From the IMG/VR virus record IMGVR_UViG_3300010149_000010: a DNA stretch of 64,000 nt; one strand, given 5' to 3'. The notes under the pieces were generated by a model. That model saw only the letters and a list, made by a program, of their open reading frames with translations. It was not told where the DNA came from and did no database searches. Position 1 is the stretch's first letter. Each line of letters begins with the position of its first letter. The position numbers and the translations under genes are program-made. Source of the stretch: a virus. Positions 51,979 to 61,987 of this stretch are shown here, piece after piece.

Positions 51979-54900
51979 ATGGCTACAAGAAGAACAGATA
52001 ATCGAAAAGGGTCTCTAGATCCATCAGTAGTTAATAATATAAAAGAAAAAGTACTGTTAGAAGTTCAACAAGGTATTATTGGACCAGCTGGACCTCAGGG
52101 TCCTCAGGGGCCTCAGGGTAGTGATGGTGCCGCAGGAAGTCCCGGAGAAAGCGTTAACTTTTCTACTACTTCTACATCTATGCATTCCAATGATTCAAAT
52201 GGCACTTTAACCGTTACTAGTGGGTTGTCATATGTTGGCGGAGAATATATTTCAATTGCCCCATCAACAGATTTAACCAAGGTGCAAATAGCAACCGTCA
52301 CTAGTTATTCGACGGATCAACTATCATTTTCTCATGTATCTAACAATGCTAGCGAATTATATTACGATTCTTGGGTAATTAATTTAAGCTCAGCTCCAGG
52401 CGTTCAAGGTCTTACTGGGATTCAAGGTCTTCAAGGGGATGTTGGAGCCACTGGCCCTCAAGGTCCCATCGGTTTGACTGGCCCTCAAGGGCCAACAGGC
52501 TTAACTGGAGCTCAAGGTCCCGCCGGAGTTGATGGACCTCAAGGCCCCCAAGGAAATCCTGGGCAAACAGGAGCCCAAGGTGTTCAAGGGAACCCTGGAG
52601 CGACTGGCCCTCAAGGTCCTGCCGGAGCAGACGGCGCTGACGGAATCCAAGGGTTAAAAGGGGATACCGGTGATGCCGGTTCGCAAGGTGTAGCTGGTAG
52701 CTCTGCATACCAAACCTGGATTCTTGCTGGAAATACTGGCAACGAACAAGATTTTTTAGATAGTTTAATAGGCGCAACTGGAAGCGCTGGTGTTCAAGGC
52801 CCTGCAGGTCCAGAGGGAGTTGCAGGTACTGATGGAGTTGATGGGAGCCAAGGAATACAGGGGCCTCAAGGGATCCAAGGCCCACAAGGGGTTGCCGGTT
52901 TAGGTATTAACCTCAAGGGCAATGAAAGTACTTTCAGTAGTTTAACCCAATATGAAAGTAGCGCAGCATCTGGAGACGCTTACACTATTACTGATGAGAA
53001 CTACACCTTATATGTATGGAACTCTTCCACTAGTACTTGGGTAGATGGTGGTTCTATCCAAGGCCCTGCGGGCCCTGCAGGCGTTGCAGGACCTAGTGGG
53101 GCAGATGGGGCAGATGGATCGACCGGCCCAAAAGGAGACGATGGTGATCAAGGGTTGCAGGGTCTTGCAGGAGTAAATGGTCAAAATGGTTCTGATGGCT
53201 CTTCAGCTTATCAAATATGGATCTCTAATGGAAATTCTGGTACTGAAGCCCAATTCTTAGAATCACTTATTGGTCAAGACGGTCAGGATGGTCAAGATGG
53301 CGCTCTTGGTGCAACCGGTCCGCAAGGAGTTTCTGGAGATACGGGCCCACAAGGAATTCAAGGCCCACAGGGGCTACAGGGAACAGAAGGTCCCGCCGGA
53401 CCTCAAGGTGCTCAAGGAGACGCTGGCCCTACAGGGGCGGCTGGTTCAAACGGTTCAGACGGTGTTGCGGGCCCTACCGGACCTCAAGGTGCTGCCGGCG
53501 CTGCCGGTGCGGCTGGACCTCAAGGTGATGTCGGTCAACAAGGCCCTACAGGGCTAACCGGGCCGCAAGGCGAAACTGGACCACAAGGTGAACAAGGAAT
53601 TCAAGGTCAACAAGGAGCAGCTGGCTCGGTTGGTTCTCAAGGACCCGCAGGCACAGGGATTACCTTTAAAGGTTCCGTAGCTGATGTAAATGCGCTAAGC
53701 ATTATTTCATCTCCCACTCAAGGAGATGCTTATCTTGTTGAATCTAATGATTCCCTCCACATACATGATGGGAGCGTTTTTGTCTCTGGAGGATCCATAC
53801 AAGGCCCTCAAGGCGTAAAAGGCGATACTGGCGATCAAGGAATTCAAGGAATTCAAGGCGTTGCTGGACAAACAGGCTCTCAAGGCGCAGCTGGACCTGC
53901 TGGTTCTGACGGCATTGATGGTTCTGACGGAATTCAAGGCGCCCAAGGCATTAAGGGCGACACTGGAGACCAAGGTTCAACCGGCCCTCAGGGTGCAGCA
54001 GGAAGTACTGGTCCTCAAGGAGAGCAAGGTCCAATTGGCCAAACTGGTCAACAAGGCATTCAAGGTGTTCAAGGTGAAACAGGGGATCAAGGTCTTCAAG
54101 GTCCAGCTGGACCTCAAGGCGAAACTGGTTCGCAAGGAATACAAGGAGCAACTGGCCCACAGGGTGTTGCCGGCCCTACCGGACCTAAAGGCGACACTGG
54201 AGACACTGGTATCCAGGGCCCAACTGGAGCTGCTGGAGCAGATGCAGTTAACAGCGTTATTGCTAGTTCATTAAGCACAAACGCTAGTTTCATCTCTTCT
54301 GTTTCTTCAGATTCAACTTTAGCAACTAATGTTGCTTCTGAATTAGGCACCTCCTCTGCAATTACTGGATTGCAAACCCAAATTACAGCAAATGATGGAG
54401 ACATCACTAGCAACTTAGCGGCAATTCAGAGTAATGATACTGACATCGCAGGTCTTGGTACCAGGATGACAGCGGCTGAAGGTGATATAGATGACCTAGA
54501 GTCTGATGTGGCTACTAATACATCGAGTATCAGTACCAACGCCAGTTCAATCAGCACTAATGCTAGTAACATCTCGACCAATACGAGCAACATCAGTGCG
54601 AATGACTCTGATATAGCCTCTAACTTGGCCGCCATCCAAAGTAATGATACTGACATTGCAGGTCTTACGACTCGTATAAGTTCTGCTGAAAGCAACATCA
54701 GTTCAAACGATACGGATATATCAAATCTCGGTACCAGGATGACTGCTGCTGAGAGCGACATTGATGATCTTGAAACAGATGTAGCCTCCAATACTAGCAG
54801 TATCGGATCTCACACAACGAGCATTAACAGCCTTACCTCTACTCAGTCTTCTCACGCTTCAACGCTCACGAGTCTACAGAGTCAGATTACAGGTAATGAT

Positions 54901-55392
54901 GGTGACATCAGCACGAATACTTCTGGTATATCCTCCAATGCGAGCAACATCAGTTCGAATGATACTGATATCACAGCTCTTCAAGCATTATCCCACACGC
55001 ATGAAACCGCAATTGGACTTAATAGTAATGGCACTTACACTGTTATAGCTGATGCTAACTATGCTGATGGAACCAATTTAAAAACTGCAGTCACTCAACT
55101 TGATACACAAGCCAAAAACAATGCTGACAACATTGACCTCCTAGAAGTAAGAGACGGTGGACTATTTGAGCAGCAAGATCATGGTTCTAGTGTTTATTCT
55201 GTCATCATGCCTTCAACCATAAAAATTAGCTCACATCTCGGTCCGTTCGAAATTGACATGGCCGATATTATAACCAATAGTGGCGCAGGTGACATCATTT
55301 TTTACGGCTGCAAAGCCAAGACACACGAAGACGCCCATTTCGAAGTAGATACCACTAATGGTGATTCAATCTTTACAGGATATCGAAACTAA
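51979..55392 (+). CDS. Collagen triple-helix fibre protein with a C-terminal trimeric coiled coil (tail fibre/spike)
   Basis: Long Gly-X-Y runs; duplicated SSAYQ.W...GN.G.E..FL.SL and KG...GDAY...GGSIQGP modules; NDTDI/NTSSI heptads. Confidence 0.85.
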   Translation: MATRRTDNRKGSLDPSVVNNIKEKVLLEVQQGIIGPAGPQGPQGPQGSDGAAGSPGESVNFSTTSTSMHSNDSNGTLTVTSGLSYVGGEYISIAPSTDLTKVQIATVTSYSTDQLSFSHVSNNASELYYDSWVINLSSAPGVQGLTGIQGLQGDVGATGPQGPIGLTGPQGPTGLTGAQGPAGVDGPQGPQGNPGQTGAQGVQGNPGATGPQGPAGADGADGIQGLKGDTGDAGSQGVAGSSAYQTWILAGNTGNEQDFLDSLIGATGSAGVQGPAGPEGVAGTDGVDGSQGIQGPQGIQGPQGVAGLGINLKGNESTFSSLTQYESSAASGDAYTITDENYTLYVWNSSTSTWVDGGSIQGPAGPAGVAGPSGADGADGSTGPKGDDGDQGLQGLAGVNGQNGSDGSSAYQIWISNGNSGTEAQFLESLIGQDGQDGQDGALGATGPQGVSGDTGPQGIQGPQGLQGTEGPAGPQGAQGDAGPTGAAGSNGSDGVAGPTGPQGAAGAAGAAGPQGDVGQQGPTGLTGPQGETGPQGEQGIQGQQGAAGSVGSQGPAGTGITFKGSVADVNALSIISSPTQGDAYLVESNDSLHIHDGSVFVSGGSIQGPQGVKGDTGDQGIQGIQGVAGQTGSQGAAGPAGSDGIDGSDGIQGAQGIKGDTGDQGSTGPQGAAGSTGPQGEQGPIGQTGQQGIQGVQGETGDQGLQGPAGPQGETGSQGIQGATGPQGVAGPTGPKGDTGDTGIQGPTGAAGADAVNSVIASSLSTNASFISSVSSDSTLATNVASELGTSSAITGLQTQITANDGDITSNLAAIQSNDTDIAGLGTRMTAAEGDIDDLESDVATNTSSISTNASSISTNASNISTNTSNISANDSDIASNLAAIQSNDTDIAGLTTRISSAESNISSNDTDISNLGTRMTAAESDIDDLETDVASNTSSIGSHTTSINSLTSTQSSHASTLTSLQSQITGNDGDISTNTSGISSNASNISSNDTDITALQALSHTHETAIGLNSNGTYTVIADANYADGTNLKTAVTQLDTQAKNNADNIDLLEVRDGGLFEQQDHGSSVYSVIMPSTIKISSHLGPFEIDMADIITNSGAGDIIFYGCKAKTHEDAHFEVDTTNGDSIFTGYRN

Positions 55393-55417
55393 AAAATTTT
55401 ACACAGGAGATTAAATT

Positions 55418-58400
55418 ATGGCTTCTAGCTTAAGACAAAAAGACGCCCCTACTGGGGGGGACTTCTCAGCAGGCGGACAAGATACCTTAGGTACCTCAAT
55501 AGTACCATGGAAAGACGTCCAAACCGTCAATATGACTGCTAAAGGCAATGTTGTAATTGAAGGCAACTTGACCGTTACTGGAAATGCTACAGAAGTTACC
55601 GTAGACAAGCTTAGCGTTGAGGAACCGATGGTTAAGCTTGCTAAAATTAATACTGGTGCTGGTACCTCCAGTGCAGATATTGGCTTATATGGTGTAGAAG
55701 ACACTGACGGTACGCCTAAGTACCACGGTCTTGTTCGTGACGCTGATGATGCAACCTGGAAGCTTTTTGAAGGCAATCAAGACGCACCCGGAGACACTAC
55801 TGTCGATTTTAATGGAAGTGGCAGCGTTGACGGCACCTTGCAAGCTAAACTAAACCTTCCAGCTGCTGGCGACCTTAAGATCGCTGGAGTTGTAGTAGGT
55901 GCAGATGCAGCCGAGTTGAATGTACTCGATGGCGTTACTGCTGGTACTGCTTCCGCTAGTAAAGCAGTTGTGCTTGATACTAATAAAGATATAACAGGCA
56001 TCAGCACTATTACTGCTGGCACCTTGCTTGCTGGTAACGTTACTATCGCTGGCAATGATATTACCGTAAGTGGTGGCGCTCCCTCCTTCTCTTCTGTTGA
56101 TATCAATGGCGGCACTATTGATGGTACTACTATTGCAACATCAAATATCACTGTTGGTGTTGGTAAAACTTTGGACGTTTCTGCAGGTACCTTTTCTACT
56201 TCGGCAGCACAAAAACTTGCTATCCTGCAAGGCGCTGCCTCAGATGTAGATGTCGGTGCATTTGATTTAAGAGCTAAAACTCTAACTGCAGATGATTTAA
56301 CAGCTACACAAGTAGTATTTGCAGGTACTGATGGTGTGCTTTCAGATAGTGCAGATCTCACTTTTGTAGCCGACACTTTAACAGCCACCAAGATTGGTGC
56401 TTTTGAAGCAGCTGGTGCTATCGATTTTGCTAGCCAAGCAATGACCAATGTAGATATAAATAGTGGTGCAATCGATGGTGTCTCTATTGCAACTTCTGAT
56501 ATCACTATTGGCGCAGGCAAAACTCTAGATGTTTCTGCTGGTACGATTACTTTTGCTGCAGGTCAAATTGCTAATGTTTCACTTGTTAATGATAGCGTAA
56601 GTTTTGGTGGCGTATCTTTAGACCTTGGTCAATCTGACGTAACTCCTGCATTTGATCTAACAGATGCTACAAACTACCCTACTTCGAGCCTTGTTGGTAC
56701 TATTACCAACGATCAACTAGCTGGTTCCATTGAAGATTCAAAACTTAATACAATTACTGCTGGAGATAAAGTTTCTGGTTCGGCTGTTCAATTAGCAACA
56801 GCTTCAGCACTTGAAGATTCTACCGGACTTCGATTAAAGTCAGCTGTAGCTGGTGATGGTCTAGATCTTTCTGCTGGACAGATACTGTCAGTCAATGTTG
56901 ATGACTCTTCTATTGAAACTAATTCTGATACTTTGAGAGTAAAAGCTGAAGGCGTTACAAATGCAATGCTTGCTGGCAGCATTGCGAATGCTAAGTTGTT
57001 AAATTCAGCAGTAACAATTACTGCTGGAAGTGGGTTACAAACTGGTGGCTCTGTATCTTTAGGAAGCTCTGTTACTGTTAATGCTAAAGTCGACGATAGC
57101 TCAATAGAAGTTGATTCTACTTCTAACGAGTTGCAAGTTAAAGCCGCTGGTATTACAAATGCAATGTTAGCAGGTTCCATTGAAAACGTTAAGCTAGCTA
57201 ACAGCACTATTTCTTTCGGTGGTGTTCAACTCGCTTTGGGTGCTTCTGACGCTACACCTGCTTTTGATCTTGCCGATGCTACTAACTTGCCTACTACCTC
57301 ATTAACAGGCACAGTTACAAATGCGCAACTAGCTGGCAGCATTGCCAATGCAAAACTTGCGAATAGTACTATTTCTGGAATTTCTTTAGGAGCCGATCTA
57401 AGCAGTCTCGCTGTTGATAACAGCAGTATTAAGCTTAGTTCTGGTACTACATATAATGGTAGCACTGGTCTTACCATTTCTGTAAAAGATGCTGGCATCA
57501 CAAATGCTATGCTTGCTGGGAGTATTGAAAACGCAAAGCTCTCTAACAGTACTATAAGTTTTGGTGGTGTCTCATTGGCGCTTGGTGCTTCTGATGCCAC
57601 CCCAGCATTTGATCTTGCAGATGCAACCAATTACCCTACCGCAAGCCTTGTTGGAACTATCACTAATGCACAGCTTGCAGGCAGCATCGAAAACGCAAAG
57701 CTTTCTAACAGCACACTAAATCTAGCAGCTGATTCTGGCAGCTCTGATGCTGTCAATTTAGGCGAATCAATCACCTTTACTGGTGGAGATAGTATAAGTA
57801 CTGTTGTTTCAAACAATACTATTACCATTAATGCCGATGATGCTTCTGGCTCAATTAAAGGTGTAGCGTCTTTTCATTCTGACGATTTTTCTGTTTCAAA
57901 CGGCATGGTTCAAATAAAATCAGAGGCCATAACTAACTCCCAGCTTGAAGGGTCTATTGCTGACAGTAAACTAAGTCAAATCTTTACCGCAGGTAAAGTT
58001 GCCCTTAGTGCTCTTGAAATCGATGGCGAATCTAATAATTGTGCCGTTTTAATGGATGACGACCTGTTCATTGTAGACGATGGAGCCGATGGAACTAACA
58101 GTAAGCTGGCAGCCTCAGTATTGAAGATATACTCACGAGGAGCCATCTCAGCCACTGATGCAGGTGGAGATGGAAGCTTTGCTTATAACGCCTCTACTGG
58201 TGCATTTACTTACACTGGTCCAAGTGCATCTGAAGTAAGAGCTCATGTTTCTGGCGGTACTGGTGTTACTATTACTGATGGTAGTATTGCTATCGGTCAA
58301 GCTGTAGGTACAACTGATAGTGTTACTTTTGGTCAACTTACTCTCGGAACCAACGCTGTAATTACTGAAGCAGATGCAGAAAAAATTGACGATATTACTA

Positions 58401-59002
58401 ATGGTACTGCTGCCGCAAACAAAGCTCTTGTTCTCGATGGTAGCAGTGATATTGCAAGTATTAACAGCTTAACAGCGTCTACTCTTACAGATGGTACTGC
58501 TACTTTAACTGGTGGCCAACTCACTGGATTGTTAAATCTTCGCGTTGACAACTTGCAATTAAATGGCAACGATCTTAAATCTACCTCTGGAGATTTAAAT
58601 TTAAATTCTGCAAGTGGCGACGTCAAGATAGCAGCTGGAGATAATCTTGTATTAGCGTCTGCCGGTAATATTACTGCTGATGGCGATGTTTTAATTAACG
58701 GCCTTTTAGAAACTGACGGAATTAGAAGAAAAATAGATATAAAAGCAGACAACTATCAAGTTACTGGTGATGATCATATTGTTTTCTTCAACGTTTCTTC
58801 TGATAAAACTTGCACCCTTCCTGCTTCAGATGATTCTGATATGGTTTCTAAAGAATACGTGATTAAAAATGTTGGTTCCAATACTATAACTTTTGCTTCT
58901 GATAGTCAGGTTGACGGAGCTACCGCTAGTAGCACAACGCTTACTGCAGGGCAAAAAATAAAAGTCGTAGGCACGTCATCTTTTGGTTGGCAATCAATTT
59001 AA
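55418..59002 (+). CDS. Large repetitive beta-rich virion fibre/adhesin-like protein
   Basis: Repeats TNA.LAGSI.NAKL.NS and ISFGGV.L.LG.SD.TPAFDL.DATN.PT; rich in G/A/S/T/D. Confidence 0.7.
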   Translation: MASSLRQKDAPTGGDFSAGGQDTLGTSIVPWKDVQTVNMTAKGNVVIEGNLTVTGNATEVTVDKLSVEEPMVKLAKINTGAGTSSADIGLYGVEDTDGTPKYHGLVRDADDATWKLFEGNQDAPGDTTVDFNGSGSVDGTLQAKLNLPAAGDLKIAGVVVGADAAELNVLDGVTAGTASASKAVVLDTNKDITGISTITAGTLLAGNVTIAGNDITVSGGAPSFSSVDINGGTIDGTTIATSNITVGVGKTLDVSAGTFSTSAAQKLAILQGAASDVDVGAFDLRAKTLTADDLTATQVVFAGTDGVLSDSADLTFVADTLTATKIGAFEAAGAIDFASQAMTNVDINSGAIDGVSIATSDITIGAGKTLDVSAGTITFAAGQIANVSLVNDSVSFGGVSLDLGQSDVTPAFDLTDATNYPTSSLVGTITNDQLAGSIEDSKLNTITAGDKVSGSAVQLATASALEDSTGLRLKSAVAGDGLDLSAGQILSVNVDDSSIETNSDTLRVKAEGVTNAMLAGSIANAKLLNSAVTITAGSGLQTGGSVSLGSSVTVNAKVDDSSIEVDSTSNELQVKAAGITNAMLAGSIENVKLANSTISFGGVQLALGASDATPAFDLADATNLPTTSLTGTVTNAQLAGSIANAKLANSTISGISLGADLSSLAVDNSSIKLSSGTTYNGSTGLTISVKDAGITNAMLAGSIENAKLSNSTISFGGVSLALGASDATPAFDLADATNYPTASLVGTITNAQLAGSIENAKLSNSTLNLAADSGSSDAVNLGESITFTGGDSISTVVSNNTITINADDASGSIKGVASFHSDDFSVSNGMVQIKSEAITNSQLEGSIADSKLSQIFTAGKVALSALEIDGESNNCAVLMDDDLFIVDDGADGTNSKLAASVLKIYSRGAISATDAGGDGSFAYNASTGAFTYTGPSASEVRAHVSGGTGVTITDGSIAIGQAVGTTDSVTFGQLTLGTNAVITEADAEKIDDITNGTAAANKALVLDGSSDIASINSLTASTLTDGTATLTGGQLTGLLNLRVDNLQLNGNDLKSTSGDLNLNSASGDVKIAAGDNLVLASAGNITADGDVLINGLLETDGIRRKIDIKADNYQVTGDDHIVFFNVSSDKTCTLPASDDSDMVSKEYVIKNVGSNTITFASDSQVDGATASSTTLTAGQKIKVVGTSSFGWQSI

Positions 59003-59047
59003 TCAAAACCAATATACAGTAACAAATAAAGTAATCTCTTGTTTTTG

Positions 59048-59083
59048 AGGGGTGGTTCGCATTAGCGGGCTACCCCTTTTTTT
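59048..59083 (+). terminator. Rho-independent terminator after the fibre genes
   Basis: AGGGGTGGTTCGC-ATTA-GCGGGCTACCCCT followed by a T-run. Confidence 0.75.
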
Positions 59084-59132
59084 ATATATAAAAAATTCAC
59101 TACAATAAATAACAAAACCTCAAGGAATTTAA

Positions 59133-59369
59133 ATGCGTATAGTCGCAACCTATGAAACCCCAAAATTCTGTAATTTTTTCAATTCTTCAAATATTGAAAC
59201 CAATCAAAACAGATTTAATTTTGACGGATTTGAAAGCTCAACCATTTATGCTTCAGACCTGATAGATTTAAAACAACAAGTCGAATCAATAAGTCTTCAA
59301 AAAACCTCTCAACGAGGGTTTACCAGACCCTTGAAGCTTAGCGACCTTACAATTAGGATAAGTGATTGA
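59133..59369 (+). CDS. Hypothetical protein, paralogue of 42492..42737
   Basis: M.I.A.Y..PK...DGFE...IYA...RP..LSDLTI.I in both. Confidence 0.6.
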   Translation: MRIVATYETPKFCNFFNSSNIETNQNRFNFDGFESSTIYASDLIDLKQQVESISLQKTSQRGFTRPLKLSDLTIRISD

Positions 59370-59372
59370 TCT

Positions 59373-59486
59373 ATGAAGATAATTTCAAAAGAATATATCG
59401 GAAAACAAGAAGTATACGATATTGGTGTAACCTCTCTAGAAGGAAATCATAACTTTGTTTTAGAAAATGGCGCAATCGCTTCTAAT
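59373..59486 (+). other. Split intein C-fragment (38 aa), Cys+1 at 59487
   Basis: VYDIGV...HNF.L.NG.IASN|CFN, as in cyanobacterial DnaE-C inteins. Confidence 0.92.
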
Positions 59487-60617
59487 TGTTTTAACAAAGC
59501 ACATAGTGTTAGCTACTCCATACTTACCTATGTAAGCGCATACATGAAAACACATTATCCTGTAGAATTTTTCACAGCATTAATGTCTACACGAAGCAAA
59601 ACTTTGCAACCTAAAAGCTGGGCTCTTAAAGCCCCAGAATACATTGAAGAAGCTAAAAAATTTAATGTGACTGTAAATCCACCTTATGTAAATCAGTCTG
59701 GATTTGAATTCACCATTGCAGACAAAGAAATTTATTTTGGTTTAAATGCAATAAGAGATGTTGGTCGCACAGCAGCAAGAATGATTATTAAAGCTAGACA
59801 AAAAACACCTTTTAAATCTGTAAAAGATTTTGTTAGCCGCGTCAATTTGCAAAAAGTAAATACAAAAACTTTCGAAGCTCTCGTCAAAGCAGGGGCTTTC
59901 GACAAGCTTGGTTACGATAGAGCAGATCTCCTTGAAAAATGTCCTCAAATATACTCTTATGTTAAGAGTATGGAGGATTATAAACAAAGAGAACTAGACG
60001 TAATCGAAAGAAATGCTTACAATGCTAGGATCATTCCGCTCATAGAAAGACGAAATTTCCTTAGAAAAGAATTAAAAAAAATTCAAAATCGAATTGATAA
60101 AGATAAGATCAAAGAAGGCGACATGGATAATTTTCATATTCTTTCTTCAGAGCTTGAACCTCTCGAAGACCAAGAGTTGAAAAAAAAAGTTACTTTAAAA
60201 TCTAAAGAAAAAACTGACTTTCCAGAATTATTAAAAGATAATTTTGTAGAGCTTGGAATGAAAGAAATCTTAGATCAAGCAAATTACATAGGGTGCTATA
60301 TTGGAGGCCACCCTATGGATTTAATTAAAATTAATAGCGATAAAATTTCATTTCTAAACGAATCGCAATATGCTAACGTTGCTGGCGTCATACTTTCCAT
60401 AAAGAACATAGTCACTAGGAAGGGTAAGAATATGGCCTTCATTGAAATCAATGACAAAACTGCTACTGCAGAAATTGTTATTTTTCCTCAAATGTGGTCT
60501 AAAATTTCTAAACTCAATCTTAAAGAGACTGACATTGTTTGCTGCAAGGTCAAAGTAGAACGTACAGAACCTGATATAAAATTAATTTTAAATTCAATTG
60601 TGCTATACGAGGTGTAG
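59373..60617 (+). CDS. dnaE: DNA polymerase III alpha, fragment 3: split-intein C-half plus C-terminal HhH/OB domains
   Basis: MKIISKEYIGKQEVYDIGV....NHNFVLENGAIASN|CFNKAHS..Y, YMKTHYPVEF, GL.AI..VG, L.KAGAFD, GKNMAF. Confidence 0.93.
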   Translation: MKIISKEYIGKQEVYDIGVTSLEGNHNFVLENGAIASNCFNKAHSVSYSILTYVSAYMKTHYPVEFFTALMSTRSKTLQPKSWALKAPEYIEEAKKFNVTVNPPYVNQSGFEFTIADKEIYFGLNAIRDVGRTAARMIIKARQKTPFKSVKDFVSRVNLQKVNTKTFEALVKAGAFDKLGYDRADLLEKCPQIYSYVKSMEDYKQRELDVIERNAYNARIIPLIERRNFLRKELKKIQNRIDKDKIKEGDMDNFHILSSELEPLEDQELKKKVTLKSKEKTDFPELLKDNFVELGMKEILDQANYIGCYIGGHPMDLIKINSDKISFLNESQYANVAGVILSIKNIVTRKGKNMAFIEINDKTATAEIVIFPQMWSKISKLNLKETDIVCCKVKVERTEPDIKLILNSIVLYEV

Positions 60618-60619
60618 AT

Positions 60620-61687
60620 ATGAGATGGACCCCTGAAGAAGAATATTTATTGCAACTCTTTACAGGTGAAAAAACTTTTAAAGAAATAGCTGAATTAATC
60701 TCTTTAAAGCATACCAATGGAACTCCTGGCTTCCCAGTTAAAAGAACCTTTCATGCTGTTAGGACTAAGATTTCTAGAGATAATATTTCTGAATCAACAA
60801 TTCCAGAATACGATAACGCTTGGCGCTCCATTATAGACGCCGCTAAAGAGTTTAGGTCGAGCAGCGAAAAACTTGATTTGGGTCTTACTACTAGTAAAAA
60901 AAGAAAGATCATATCTTTCAGCGATCTTCACATCCCCTTTTTCTTGTGGGAAGATATGAAAATTGCGTTAGAACAACATAAAGACGCTGATATCGTTGTT
61001 TTAAACGGAGACATCTTGGACGCTTACATGTTTAGTACTTTTTCTAAAAGTAAAAACATTGCAGCAATAAAAGAATACAAGGCAGCTTTTGATTTAGTTC
61101 ATTACCTTTCCAGTAAATTCCCTATGGTTGTTTTGGTTTCAGGGAATCATGATTATCGTACTACTCGTGCCATTAAAAATAGTGGAATATCTTCAGATGT
61201 CATGAACGTTTATCGCCCTGACCTATTATGCAGAATAGCAAATGGTGAGCGTTTAAATTCATTTGGAGATTTAGAAAAAATGCACGATTTTTCTAATGTC
61301 CATTATCAAAAAAATGACTCTTGGTACGTGCGAATTGGTAAAACTATTTTTACGCATCCAAGTGGTTTTGCAAGCAAGTACCCTGGCGCTACAGTAGTAA
61401 AACTACTTGACCATTTTTCTAACAGAATGGATCAAGATGATTTTGATTCTATTGTAGTAGGCCATACACATAAAGTGTATAAAGGCATAGTGGCTGGAAA
61501 GATGCTTATCGAGCAAGGCGCTATGGCTCACAAACTACCTTATCAATTCAGGGCAGATTTGAGATTCAAAAATGCAATGAATGGCTACGCAGTCATCTAT
61601 CAAGACTCAGAAGGTAACACCAACTTTAACGATTCACATCCTATTTATTTAGGATCCCATTTACCCACAAAAAAAGGCGTAATTTAA
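60620..61687 (+). CDS. Calcineurin-like metallophosphoesterase with an N-terminal HTH-like extension
   Basis: SDLH, NGDILD, GNHD, THP, GHTH. Confidence 0.85.
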   Translation: MRWTPEEEYLLQLFTGEKTFKEIAELISLKHTNGTPGFPVKRTFHAVRTKISRDNISESTIPEYDNAWRSIIDAAKEFRSSSEKLDLGLTTSKKRKIISFSDLHIPFFLWEDMKIALEQHKDADIVVLNGDILDAYMFSTFSKSKNIAAIKEYKAAFDLVHYLSSKFPMVVLVSGNHDYRTTRAIKNSGISSDVMNVYRPDLLCRIANGERLNSFGDLEKMHDFSNVHYQKNDSWYVRIGKTIFTHPSGFASKYPGATVVKLLDHFSNRMDQDDFDSIVVGHTHKVYKGIVAGKMLIEQGAMAHKLPYQFRADLRFKNAMNGYAVIYQDSEGNTNFNDSHPIYLGSHLPTKKGVI

Positions 61688-61987
61688 ATGTCAGAAGAAC
61701 AACTAAACCCTGAAATGCAAGAGCAGTCTGTACCTTTCGGATTCTTAATTCCACTAACTCAAGCTTTGGAAGCTCGAATTGATTATAATTTCAATTCAAT
61801 GATTCAGCTTTCTCTACTGGTAGAGTATCTTTACCAAGAACTAGAAGAAAAAGGCATGGAGGTTGAAATGGGCGACAAATTCCAAACTTTTCAAGATGAA
61901 CGTGTCGCAGAGATTAAAAAGCAATTCGAATTACAAAAAGCTGAAGCTGAAAATGAAGAAGCAGAAATAAACTTAGAGGATAATTAA
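61688..61987 (+). CDS. Acidic hypothetical protein
   Basis: ORF track. Confidence 0.6.
   Translation: MSEEQLNPEMQEQSVPFGFLIPLTQALEARIDYNFNSMIQLSLLVEYLYQELEEKGMEVEMGDKFQTFQDERVAEIKKQFELQKAEAENEEAEINLEDN

Noticed and set aside
51979-59002. CRISPR array or DGR suggested by repeats; long antisense ORFs
   Set aside because: The repeats are in-frame protein repeats (Gly-X-Y, heptads, LAGSI) with synonymous variation; no spacers and no reverse transcriptase.
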